Below are positions 40,458-50,044 of a stretch of DNA of 64,000 nt, in pieces. Every line of letters begins with the position of its first letter. Positions within the stretch are counted from its first letter, which is position 1. The notes under the pieces were generated by a model that made no database searches, was not told the origin of the DNA, and saw nothing but the letters and a program-made list of their open reading frames with translations. Source of the DNA: Bacteroidaceae bacterium (GTDB lineage Bacteria > Bacillota > Clostridia > Oscillospirales > Acutalibacteraceae); NCBI GenBank assembly GCA_963627915.1, contig CAVGCY010000055.1, positions 2,609 through 66,608 of the forward strand, given 5' to 3'. A program made the translations under genes and the position numbers.

Positions 40458-41126
40458 ATGCAGATACTCGTTGTAGAGGATGAAATTTCCCTTGCTGACG
40501 CTATCGTTGCAATACTTAAAAAGGAGCAGTACTTTGCCGACGCGGTCTACGACGGAAAGGACGGGCTTGATTACGCGTTAAGCGGCATTTACGACCTGAT
40601 ACTTCTCGATATAATGCTGCCTAAAATGAACGGCATTGAGGTATTGAAGGAATTAAGGAATCAGGGAGTTTCCACTCCCGTTATGCTTCTTACGGCAAAA
40701 AGCGAGATAGACGACAAAATCCGAGGTCTTGACACCGGTGCTGACGATTATCTTACAAAACCCTTCAACAAAGGCGAGCTGCTTGCAAGAATCAGAGCTT
40801 TGACAAGGCGCAAGGGCGAAATTCCCGCAAACGAAATGACGTACGGCGACATCACGCTGAATCAGAGCACATACGAACTCATCTGCGGAGCAAACTCCGT
40901 AAAGCTCGGAGGCAAGGAATTTAAAATAATGCAGATGCTTATGTACGCGCCGAAAAATATCATTTCCAAGGATGAATTTATTGAAAAAATCTGGGGCTAT
41001 GACAGTGAGGCGGAGTATAATAACATCGAGGTTTACGTATCGTTTTTAAGAAAGAAGCTCACCGCAATAAAATCGACAGTCCAGATAAAAGCCTCGAGAG
41101 GAATCGGATACTACATTGAAGGATAA
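40458..41126 (+). CDS. OmpR-family response regulator
   Basis: A receiver domain (ILVVEDE, LLDIMLP, LTAK) plus a winged-helix output domain. Confidence 0.93.
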   Translation: MQILVVEDEISLADAIVAILKKEQYFADAVYDGKDGLDYALSGIYDLILLDIMLPKMNGIEVLKELRNQGVSTPVMLLTAKSEIDDKIRGLDTGADDYLTKPFNKGELLARIRALTRRKGEIPANEMTYGDITLNQSTYELICGANSVKLGGKEFKIMQMLMYAPKNIISKDEFIEKIWGYDSEAEYNNIEVYVSFLRKKLTAIKSTVQIKASRGIGYYIEG

Positions 41127-42390
41127 TAATTTAATAATCAAAAAAACAAGAGATCGTTTTATCGCAATAAGCATGACGGCACTTGTAATAATACTGATAT
41201 TTATTTTCGGATTTATCAACATTCTCATGAATCTTGCCGTCAGGCAGACTCTTGAAAAAAACATTGACACGGCCGCCGCGGCGTCAACGTTTGCGATGAC
41301 AAATTCAAAATTCGGTTTTCCTTTTTCATCATCACAAATTATAGGCTCGGAGGAATTGAAATCAATCAAGTACATTTCCGCATTTCTTGACTCGGACGGC
41401 GGGATATCGTCGCTCGTTTCAAACATGACCGACGACCTTACCACCGGCGAAATGACGCAGATTGCCTCCGGCATTATGAATCTCAAAAAAGATTCCGGTA
41501 CTTACTCTCATTATAAATACCGCATGATTGAAAACGGCACGGACAGCATTCTCATTATTGTCGACGCAAGCGCGCTTACGGGGATGCTCTCGTCACTTGC
41601 AAAAATCAGCATATTTATTATAATTATCAGCATGATAATCGAATTTACCGTTGTTGTCGCAATGTCAAAAAAAGCCATAAAACCGCTCGAAGAGGCATTC
41701 GACAAGCAGAAACAGTTTATTTCCGACGCCAGTCACGAGCTAAAAACCCCCCTTTCGGTTATTTCCGCAAGCGCGGACGTTCTCGAAGCCGAACAGGGCG
41801 AAAACAAATGGCTCACGTCAATAAAGGATCAAAGCGAAAACATGTCGCATCTCGTTTACAGTCTTTTAGATCTGGCGAAGCTTGACGAAATGTCAAAGCC
41901 CCCCGTTATGTCGGACTTTGATTTAAGTTCGGCGGTGCTTAATATCGCGCTTGAATTTGAATGCCCGGCGTTCGAAAACGGAAAAGAACTTACTTATGAC
42001 ATAAAGCCGGACGTTCACATGTGCGGAAACGAACAGAACGTAAAACAAGTTATAACCATTCTTACGGAAAACGCAGTAAAATACGCCGGAGAACACGGCA
42101 AAATAGAAATTCGTCTGCGCACCGCGGGCAAACAGAAAATTATCGAGGTCTACAATACCGGCAAAGGCATACGCGATGACGAAAGAGAAAAGATATTTCA
42201 GCGTTTCTACAGAAGCGACTCTTCGCGTTCAAGAAGCACGGGCGGCTACGGTCTCGGACTTGCAATAGCAAAATCGCTTGTCACAGCAAATAACGGCACG
42301 ATATCGGTAACGGGCGTTGAAGGCGAATGGATCAGATTTACTGTGATATTCCAAAACACGTCAAATTTACTCACGGGAGCAGTCAGATGA
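41116..42390 (+). CDS. Sensor histidine kinase
   Basis: Two TM helices around a loop of about 120 aa, an H-box (SHELKTPL), an N-box (NAVKYAG) and a G-box (GYGLGLAIA). It overlaps the response-regulator stop. Confidence 0.92.
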   Translation: MKDNNLIIKKTRDRFIAISMTALVIILIFIFGFINILMNLAVRQTLEKNIDTAAAASTFAMTNSKFGFPFSSSQIIGSEELKSIKYISAFLDSDGGISSLVSNMTDDLTTGEMTQIASGIMNLKKDSGTYSHYKYRMIENGTDSILIIVDASALTGMLSSLAKISIFIIIISMIIEFTVVVAMSKKAIKPLEEAFDKQKQFISDASHELKTPLSVISASADVLEAEQGENKWLTSIKDQSENMSHLVYSLLDLAKLDEMSKPPVMSDFDLSSAVLNIALEFECPAFENGKELTYDIKPDVHMCGNEQNVKQVITILTENAVKYAGEHGKIEIRLRTAGKQKIIEVYNTGKGIRDDEREKIFQRFYRSDSSRSRSTGGYGLGLAIAKSLVTANNGTISVTGVEGEWIRFTVIFQNTSNLLTGAVR

Positions 42391-43358
42391 AAATAATAAA
42401 AGCTGAAAAAGAATTTATTTTTAACGAAAATCCGGCTGCGCCGAGCTGCCATGCAAGCACCGTTCTCCCGCTCGACGGCGGAAAAACCGTACTCTCGGCT
42501 TGGTTCGCCGGAGCAAAAGAGGGTAAAGATGACGTAGGCATATGGTTTTCAAGGAGAACCGGCGGAAAATGGTCTGCTCCCGTTCTTCTGACAAACGAAA
42601 AGAACGTACCGCACTGGAATCCGGTATTATTCAAAAGAAAGAACGGAGACATTATTCTTTATTATAAATTCGGAAAATATATTCCGTACTGGCAGACGCG
42701 TTATATAATTTCAAAGGATAACGGCGAAACGTGGTCGGAGCCTCACGACATAGTAAAGGACGATAAAACCGGAGGCAGAGGTCCCGTTAAAAATAAATGC
42801 ATACGAATATCAAACGGCGACGTACTTGCCCCCGCGTCGACGGAGCAAAAGGGACGCTGGCGTTGTTTTATAGACATTTCGCACGACGACGGATTAACGT
42901 TTGAAAAACAGAAGTACATTGTGCGCCCCAAAACGCCAAAGGGGCTCGTACAGATGATTCAGCCTACGCTGTGGGAATCCGAAAACGGTCATGTTCACGC
43001 GCTCATGCGTACAAACAAGGGCAGAATCTACAGAAGCGATTCATCGGATTTCGGAAAAACGTGGACAAAGGCGTACGAAACAAAGCTTCCGAATAACAAT
43101 TCCGGAATAGACGCCGTTAAAACTGACAAGGGTATTTTTCTTTTATATAACCCTGTTGAGGAAAACTGGGGAGCGCGTTCTCCCGTTACGCTTGCTTTTT
43201 CGCCCGACAACGGCAAGACGTGGACAGACCTCGTGAATCTCGACTGCGACGGCGAAGAATTTTCATATCCAGCGATAACGGCGGACGGAAATACGCTTTA
43301 TCTTACGTATACGTATTTAAGAGAAAAAATCAGATTTTGGAGAATAGAAGTCGTATAA
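42387..43358 (+). CDS. Cytoplasmic BNR/Asp-box repeat protein (sialidase-like beta-propeller)
   Basis: Four Asp-boxes are present (SKDNGETW, SHDDGLTF, SSDFGKTW, SPDNGKTW) and there is no signal peptide. The ATG at 42387 forms an ATGA overlap with the kinase stop, and GGGAG lies 7 nt upstream. Confidence 0.8.
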   Translation: MKIIKAEKEFIFNENPAAPSCHASTVLPLDGGKTVLSAWFAGAKEGKDDVGIWFSRRTGGKWSAPVLLTNEKNVPHWNPVLFKRKNGDIILYYKFGKYIPYWQTRYIISKDNGETWSEPHDIVKDDKTGGRGPVKNKCIRISNGDVLAPASTEQKGRWRCFIDISHDDGLTFEKQKYIVRPKTPKGLVQMIQPTLWESENGHVHALMRTNKGRIYRSDSSDFGKTWTKAYETKLPNNNSGIDAVKTDKGIFLLYNPVEENWGARSPVTLAFSPDNGKTWTDLVNLDCDGEEFSYPAITADGNTLYLTYTYLREKIRFWRIEVV

Positions 43359-43420
43359 ATTTTATTGCATATTATTCAAAACAGTAAGTTAAAATTCAAC
43401 GGCCTTCAGGGGGATTTAAA

Positions 43421-44683
43421 TTGAATACAATGTCAAAACGCAGTAAAAGCGACGCATTTTCAAAAGAGCAGAAGAGTATACTTCTGCTCTGTTTTCTGTG
43501 CTATTCCGCGGCTTATGCCGGACGACTCAACATTTCCGCGGCGCTTCCGGGCATACGCGAACTTCTCGCCGTTTCGGATACGAAAGCAGGAATGTTTCAA
43601 ACGGTATTCGCATCAGTGTACGCAGTCGGGCAGATAATAAACGGCTCACTCTCGGACAGAATCAATTCAAAAATTAATATCGGACTTGGACTTATAATTT
43701 CATCCGTATGCAATCTGGCATTTGCAATGTCCGAGTCCTACATATTCTCAGTCATAATATGGGCGATGAACGGAATCGGACAATCAATGATTTGGACGCC
43801 TGTCGTATTGCTTATTTCCGAATATTTTTCGGGTGAAAAACGCGACCGCGCTTCGTTTATCATGTCAATAGCAGTTACGTTCGGACACTTCGCCGCATGG
43901 GGAATATCAGGACTTACAGCCGCGTATCTCGGAGTTAAAACATCGTTTATCATTCCGGCGTTTATAATGGCCGCCGCCGCTGTTTACTCGCTGACAGAGC
44001 TTTGCATTAAACATAAAAAAAAGAATCAAACCATACCGGAGCGCACGGATAATAAAGAAAAAAACATTAAAAAATCCGAAAACCGGATGTCCGTCGGAAA
44101 AATGCTTTCATCGACCGGTCTTATTTCACTCCTGCTGTGCTGTATATTCAACGGTTTTGTAAGGGACTCAATCGTTACATGGACGCCCACCGTCCTAAAC
44201 TCGGGTGAAAATTCAGTATCGCTTCAGTCGGCTCTATTGTCGCTGATTCTTCCGATATTTGAGCTTATCGGAATTGCGACCGCAAAAAAAAGCTATTCAA
44301 TAACAGGCTCAAACGCAAGAAAAGCAAACGGAACAGTCCTCGCTTCAAGCGCGTTATTCACGTTTATACTTATATTTGCATATAAAAACACGTTCGCCGC
44401 AGCATTCATGCTCGCCCTTTCCTGCGCCGCGAACTACGGAGTCAATCCGATGCTTACAACATTTATCCCCATGGAGTACGACAAAGCGGGGCGCGTCGGT
44501 TTCGTCGCGGGCACTGTCGACTGCTTCATTTATCTCGGCTCTGCTCTCGCCGGCGTGCTGACGGGCGCGGTAAGCGAATCGGCAGGCTGGGAGCGCGTAT
44601 ACATTCTATGGACAGCCGCCGCCCTCGCCGGGGCGGGAATGTCATTTATCTCAGCAAACAAAGGCAAAAAAGGTCTATCCTGA
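43421..44683 (+). CDS. MFS transporter (organophosphate/sugar-phosphate antiporter-like)
   Basis: About 12 TM helices with an MFS loop motif (GSLSDRINSK). The start is TTG 43421 or ATG 43430. Confidence 0.85.
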   Translation: MNTMSKRSKSDAFSKEQKSILLLCFLCYSAAYAGRLNISAALPGIRELLAVSDTKAGMFQTVFASVYAVGQIINGSLSDRINSKINIGLGLIISSVCNLAFAMSESYIFSVIIWAMNGIGQSMIWTPVVLLISEYFSGEKRDRASFIMSIAVTFGHFAAWGISGLTAAYLGVKTSFIIPAFIMAAAAVYSLTELCIKHKKKNQTIPERTDNKEKNIKKSENRMSVGKMLSSTGLISLLLCCIFNGFVRDSIVTWTPTVLNSGENSVSLQSALLSLILPIFELIGIATAKKSYSITGSNARKANGTVLASSALFTFILIFAYKNTFAAAFMLALSCAANYGVNPMLTTFIPMEYDKAGRVGFVAGTVDCFIYLGSALAGVLTGAVSESAGWERVYILWTAAALAGAGMSFISANKGKKGLS

Positions 44684-44744
44684 ATTAAAATTTGATATTT
44701 TTTCGTTTAAGTCTTTAATATGAATTAAAAGCGACAGCAAAACC

Positions 44745-44815
44745 GAACAAAAAAATCCGAGGCTCGTGATTAATCGAATCTCGGATTTTTTCGGCTGTTT
44801 TTTACAGCCCCATTT
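44745..44815. repeat. Twin-hairpin intergenic repeat, copy A (acts as a bidirectional terminator)
   Basis: ATCCGAG...CTCGGAT followed by T6, then GGCTGT-TTTTT-ACAGCC. It is about 92% identical to the copy at 60890-60965. Confidence 0.8.
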
Positions 44816-44848
44816 ATTATAGTATTGTATATATTTTTAAATCCGATA

Positions 44849-45742
44849 TCAATACAAACCGTTTAAGTATTCATCCTTAAGTCCGTCCTTTATAATGCCC
44901 TTATAGGCGTTAAGCTCCAGTATCATACGCGATTTATCATAATTTTCAGTGATAAAATCGCAGGCGATTATATTGGCTCTGTCAAGTCTTGACTCACTCT
45001 CGGCTATTGCGTCGGTAAACCTATGAAAATGCGGACGCATCATATCGTTTAATTTTCTCGGAGTTTTAATTCCGAGCTCTGTTCCGAAGTTCGGAGTCAG
45101 CTGAGTCTGAAACCAGAAAAAGCCCTCCGACTTATCCGTTTCAAAATATTCAAGATTTTTAGGTATAAAATTGTCCGGTTGCGTTCCGAAAAGCTTCTTA
45201 TCCCACGGATTACTCAACGGACAATTAACGCTTCCGTTGTATCCCGCCATATAATTTATAAGTATATAGCGTTTACCGCTCTTTCTCATGTCGCCTATAG
45301 AAACGTCTCTTATATCTTTAAAATCGGTATAAGCGTATTTTGTCGGCTGAATATATTTTTCAAGCAGTACATCGACAGCCGCGCAGTCGGCTTTATAGGT
45401 TATCTTTATAGGTCCGAAATTCTGAGGATAATATTCCCTCACGTCAAAAATGAAAAATTCCGAATCGTTTTCATCAAGCATTTTCTTCCAGTCTGCAAGA
45501 ACAGATTCAAACGATACTCCGTTTGTAACTCCGTGAGCAAGACGGATAACGCCTTTTTTGTCCGTGTTTAAACGAACGCAGAAATACCTGACGCCGTACT
45601 TAAACTGTTCATACATACTGCCGTCCTGACAGCACGCCATGGCGTTCATTCCGTAAGAACCCGCATTATGAGAACCGGGAATCGCAATATGCGTTAATTT
45701 TGCCTCGTCGCGGATGTAAGACATCCAATTTGAATAAATCAT
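44849..45742 (-). CDS. PI-PLC X-domain-like phosphodiesterase, no signal peptide
   Basis: The N-terminal motif HIAIPGSHNAGSYG resembles the PI-PLC X-box (IPGTHDS). It starts 17 nt after the FtsX-type permease stop. Confidence 0.65.
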   Translation of the reverse strand: MIYSNWMSYIRDEAKLTHIAIPGSHNAGSYGMNAMACCQDGSMYEQFKYGVRYFCVRLNTDKKGVIRLAHGVTNGVSFESVLADWKKMLDENDSEFFIFDVREYYPQNFGPIKITYKADCAAVDVLLEKYIQPTKYAYTDFKDIRDVSIGDMRKSGKRYILINYMAGYNGSVNCPLSNPWDKKLFGTQPDNFIPKNLEYFETDKSEGFFWFQTQLTPNFGTELGIKTPRKLNDMMRPHFHRFTDAIAESESRLDRANIIACDFITENYDKSRMILELNAYKGIIKDGLKDEYLNGLY

Positions 45743-45759
45743 AATTTTCCTCCGTTATT

Positions 45760-48700
45760 TTATTCTACTGATTTTAATGATTCAACCATACTTATGTTCT
45801 TCATTTTGCCGTGCATAATGAAGTTTACCAAAACCGCGAACAGAACGGTTATTCCGACCGCGATAAGATAATCGTACCAGATAATATCCTGTACAAACAT
45901 GATAGCGTCGACTTTTACATACTCTATCATAATTTTATGAAGTCCGATACCGCCGAAAATGCCTATAACGATTCCGATAGCAGTAAGAATTACATTTTCT
46001 CTGTAAATATAATTTGATACCTCCATGTCGGTAAATCCGAGAACCTTTATTGTGGCAAGCTCTCTGTGCCGTTCCGCGATATTTATGTTTGTAAGGTTAT
46101 AAAGAACCACAAACGCAAGAACGCCCGCCGCCGCGATGAAAATCATTATAATAATCCCGACTGCGTTTATAACCCTTTCAAACGAATCTATCGTATCCGA
46201 TTCAAACGCAACCGCATTAATGCTGTCATATTTCATTAAATCCGCATTAAACTGCGATTTTGCCTGAGTAATATCGGCAGAATTGTTCAGAGAATCCCCG
46301 AACGAGCCTATCGCATATGAAAACGTGGGCGCCGACGAGAATACGGAACGATAATAATTCGGGCTCATATATACATACTGAAACGTATAATTTTCAGTTA
46401 TTCCGGAAACGGTAATATATTTCTGTTCTCCGGATTCCGTTCTAATCCATATTGAGTCTCCTACGTCAACATTCGCGTCTTTTGCAAACGCCTCGGTTAT
46501 TATAGCTCCCGAATCGTCAAGCTTCAGGTTTTCGCCCGTCTTTCTGTTCTTTAAATTTTTGTACCCGTCAAGATAATTTGAATCCTCCGGAACAAAGATA
46601 TAAACATCCATTACCTTATCCGTATTGTCGGACGAACCGCTGACCGACTGAATATAAGTAAGCATGAGAGAGCCTACCCTGTCGTCCGACGCAAGAGCGT
46701 TCAGCAACTCTGAATTTTCTCTCGACTGCGGAGAATCAAATACAAGCTGATAATCGTAATTATCAATACCGTTTTCGCCGTACTGTCTGCTCATAACGGA
46801 TTTAAGCGATGTAAAGAAGCCTGTACTGCCGAGAATCAGACTCATGCATCCGGCTATTCCGATTATGGTCATTATAAATCTCGTCTTGTTCCTTGCAAGG
46901 TTTCTTGCGGTGACCTTTGAAGTAAAACCGAGCCTTCTCCATATAAATCCGATTTTTTCGAGCAGAACGCGTCTGCCCGCCTTCGGAGCTTTGGGACGCA
47001 TAAGAACGGCGGTACGCGACTGTATCTCGCTGATACAGCAGATCAGAGCCGAACCCATTGTTACCGTAAGAGATATACCCATACCGAGAATTATATCGAC
47101 AACAGGGAACGTTATTTTTAATTCGGGCATGGAGAACATGACGGAATACGCCTTAAATATCGCATACGGCATACCGTAGACTCCGGAAACAACGCCTATC
47201 GCAGAGCCTAAAAAGCTTGCAAAAAACGCATAAATCAGATACTTTGACATTATCGCGGACGAACTGTAACCTATCGCCTTAAGCGTTCCCATCTGAGTTC
47301 GCTCCTCCTCAACCATTCTCGTCATAGTAACAAGACATACGAGAGCGGCAACAATGAAGAAAAATACGGGGAACACGTTTGAAAGTACGCTTACCGTATT
47401 TACGGCTTCGATATACGAGGAATAACCCGGAGTGTCGTATCTGTCATAAACAGTCCATGAAGCCGACGACAGATTGTCAAGCAGTTTCTGCGCGCTTTTT
47501 ATCGAATTTTCGGCGGCAAGAAGCTGTTTTTCTCCCTGCGTGCTTTGATTTACATATTCCGTTGTCGCTTTGTCAAGATAAGTCTGAGCATTGGCAATTA
47601 CAAGTTTAAGACTTTCAAGGCTGTTTTCGCCCGAATTTTCGGAAATCATAAGCTCAACCTGCGCAAGAGTGAGATTCGATTTGCCTATCTGAAGCTGATC
47701 GTAATAATTCTGCAATGCGTCCGCGGCGGATTGTAGCTCCGCTTTTTTTGTATTCCACAACGCTTCCTTTTCGTCATAAGCAATCTGTGCGGCGGCCACC
47801 TTTTCCTGTGCGGAAACAAGTTCGCTGTTTGCGGCTGTCAGAGCCTCCTCGGCAACGGCAAGCTGAACCTTATATTCCGTCAGCTGAGTTTGCAAAAGAG
47901 TGTTTGCCTCGCTTGCAAGCCCCTGAGCGGACTGTGATTTTATAGCATTGTAAATTTCGGGATATGCATTCTGTATGACCGAAAGAATACTGTTTACCTG
48001 ATCGGAATCCATAGATGAATTCTGATAATCCTTAAGCTGCTGAAGAACCGTCTCCGTTGAAGCAATCAGCTGCTTCATCGTCGTTACGGTACTCGTTGCG
48101 GAGTCAACGGTGCTCTGAGATGTTGTTATCGCATTTTTTGCGGTATCAAGCGAACTTTTTGCCTTGTTAAGCTCGGTTCTGTTTGCCTCAAGTTCACTGT
48201 TTTTTGTGTTATATTCCGCAAGCAGACGGCTGTACTGCTCAACGGACGAATAATAATTTGATTCATTGCCCGAATATTCATCGGCGGCAAGACCGTATTT
48301 ACTTGCAAATTCTTCCACCGTCTCCTTGTACGCACCGTCGGGATCGTCAACATAATGCTGATACTTTGCAATCTGCTCTTTGGCTTCGCTGATTTTTTTG
48401 TCAAATTCGGCTTTCGCGGTTTCGTATTTTGCCGTTGACGACGCTATTTCGGCGGGAAGCGTCGACGCGAGAGCGGATACCCGCGCATTTATTCTGTCCG
48501 CGGAAATTTCGCTTATTTTGTCAGCGACGGGCTTTAGCATATCGGTATATTCCTGCGAAAACGGGTCGTAATTTTCGCTCGAAGCAACTTTTATATACGC
48601 CTCGGTATAATAATCAGTCGAAAACGCGGTATCGGGGATTATGATGAACGTACCTATTTTACCGCTTCCGACAAGCGAATTTCCGCGTTCGTATGAAAGA

Positions 48701-49350
48701 TAATACGGAGAGCGTATTATGCCCACTACCGTAAACTCCGTTACGCTCAAATCGGAAAGCGTCGAACCGGAGTCGCCCTGAAGACTTATTTTCGCGCCTA
48801 TTTTAAAGCTGTCGGGAGTTGAAAGCGTACTCGCGTCGACAAGGCATTCATTGTCCGCAGTGGGATAACTTCCCTCTATAAGCTGAGGTCTGTTCATAAA
48901 CGAACCGTCGTTCGTGCCCGAGCCCTTGTAAACATAGTTAAAATAATTTTCAAGCTGACTCATGCTCATACCGTAGGCTCTCGTGCTTATCTGAGAGCCG
49001 TCAATATCGATTTCGGGGCTTCCGTTTACAAAAACGAGCGCGTCTGTAAATTTCGACGGCATAACGTATGAAACGTTTTCCACTCCCGCAATGGCGGAGA
49101 TATCGTCGTCCGTCAGTCCAAGCGTCGAACGAACCCTCAGATCCATAAGATTATTTTGAGTAAAATACGTTTTCGCAGTCTCTTTCATATCGGGAACTGC
49201 GGCTTTTGTACCCACAAAAATGCCCGCGCCGAGCGCGATTATTATAATCAGAGACAGAAACCGGCTCTTTGTTCTGAATATCGTGCGGACTATTTCCCTT
49301 AATAATGCTCTGCTCACTTTTCGGCCTCCGTTACCACTCGATTTCGTCAA
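45760..49350 (-). CDS. Giant duplicated FtsX/MacB-type ABC permease with a roughly 370-aa coiled-coil insertion
   Basis: A 1196-aa protein with two FtsX-type TM bundles, at about aa 640-780 and aa 1070-1190. The first extracytoplasmic domain carries a long low-complexity heptad-like region rich in A, S, T, E and Q (nt about 47430-48560). Confidence 0.88.
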   Translation of the reverse strand: MTKSSGNGGRKVSRALLREIVRTIFRTKSRFLSLIIIIALGAGIFVGTKAAVPDMKETAKTYFTQNNLMDLRVRSTLGLTDDDISAIAGVENVSYVMPSKFTDALVFVNGSPEIDIDGSQISTRAYGMSMSQLENYFNYVYKGSGTNDGSFMNRPQLIEGSYPTADNECLVDASTLSTPDSFKIGAKISLQGDSGSTLSDLSVTEFTVVGIIRSPYYLSYERGNSLVGSGKIGTFIIIPDTAFSTDYYTEAYIKVASSENYDPFSQEYTDMLKPVADKISEISADRINARVSALASTLPAEIASSTAKYETAKAEFDKKISEAKEQIAKYQHYVDDPDGAYKETVEEFASKYGLAADEYSGNESNYYSSVEQYSRLLAEYNTKNSELEANRTELNKAKSSLDTAKNAITTSQSTVDSATSTVTTMKQLIASTETVLQQLKDYQNSSMDSDQVNSILSVIQNAYPEIYNAIKSQSAQGLASEANTLLQTQLTEYKVQLAVAEEALTAANSELVSAQEKVAAAQIAYDEKEALWNTKKAELQSAADALQNYYDQLQIGKSNLTLAQVELMISENSGENSLESLKLVIANAQTYLDKATTEYVNQSTQGEKQLLAAENSIKSAQKLLDNLSSASWTVYDRYDTPGYSSYIEAVNTVSVLSNVFPVFFFIVAALVCLVTMTRMVEEERTQMGTLKAIGYSSSAIMSKYLIYAFFASFLGSAIGVVSGVYGMPYAIFKAYSVMFSMPELKITFPVVDIILGMGISLTVTMGSALICCISEIQSRTAVLMRPKAPKAGRRVLLEKIGFIWRRLGFTSKVTARNLARNKTRFIMTIIGIAGCMSLILGSTGFFTSLKSVMSRQYGENGIDNYDYQLVFDSPQSRENSELLNALASDDRVGSLMLTYIQSVSGSSDNTDKVMDVYIFVPEDSNYLDGYKNLKNRKTGENLKLDDSGAIITEAFAKDANVDVGDSIWIRTESGEQKYITVSGITENYTFQYVYMSPNYYRSVFSSAPTFSYAIGSFGDSLNNSADITQAKSQFNADLMKYDSINAVAFESDTIDSFERVINAVGIIIMIFIAAAGVLAFVVLYNLTNINIAERHRELATIKVLGFTDMEVSNYIYRENVILTAIGIVIGIFGGIGLHKIMIEYVKVDAIMFVQDIIWYDYLIAVGITVLFAVLVNFIMHGKMKNISMVESLKSVE

Positions 49351-50032
49351 CGCTTAAGGGCGTTTCATTAATCTCAATCCTGTTTACCCTGCCGTTTTTC
49401 ATTTTAATTACTCTGTCAGCAAGCGGAGTCATCGCCTGATTATGCGTAATAATTACTACCGTCATACCTGTTTCGCGGCATGTTTTAAGCAAAAGCTTCA
49501 GTATTTCGCGTCCCGTATTATAATCAAGCGCGCCCGTAGGTTCGTCGCACAGCAGCAACTTCGGGTTTTTTGCAAGCGCGCGCGCAATCGCAACTCTCTG
49601 CTGTTCGCCTCCGGAAAGCTGAGACGGAAAGTTGTCCATTCTGTCGCCAAGTCCAACCCTTTCGAGAACTCTTACGGGATCGAGCGACTTTGTGCTTATC
49701 TGAGAAGCAAGCTCAACGTTTTCAAGAGCTGTCAGATTCGGAACAAGATTATAAAACTGAAATACAAATCCTACGTCATAACGTCTGTACGCGGTCAGTT
49801 TTTTCTCATTAAACGTATTAATAAGCTCTCCTCCGACCCTAACCCTGCCGTCGTCGCACTCGTCGATTCCGCCGAGGATATTAAGCACAGTCGTTTTTCC
49901 CGCGCCCGACGCGCCGACAATTATACAGAACTCACCCTGTTCTATGTCGAAAGAAACGCCGTCCGCGGCGTTTACGGAAACGTCGCCCGTACTGTAATGC
50001 TTGTAAACAGATCTCATTTCAATAAATGCCAT
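49331..50032 (-). CDS. ABC transporter ATP-binding protein (MacB/FtsE-like)
   Basis: Walker A (GASGAGKTT), signature LSGGEQQR and Walker B ([12 protein letters not shown]). Confidence 0.95.
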   Translation of the reverse strand: MAFIEMRSVYKHYSTGDVSVNAADGVSFDIEQGEFCIIVGASGAGKTTVLNILGGIDECDDGRVRVGGELINTFNEKKLTAYRRYDVGFVFQFYNLVPNLTALENVELASQISTKSLDPVRVLERVGLGDRMDNFPSQLSGGEQQRVAIARALAKNPKLLLCDEPTGALDYNTGREILKLLLKTCRETGMTVVIITHNQAMTPLADRVIKMKNGRVNRIEINETPLSVDEIEW

Positions 50033-50044
50033 TAATAAAACTCC

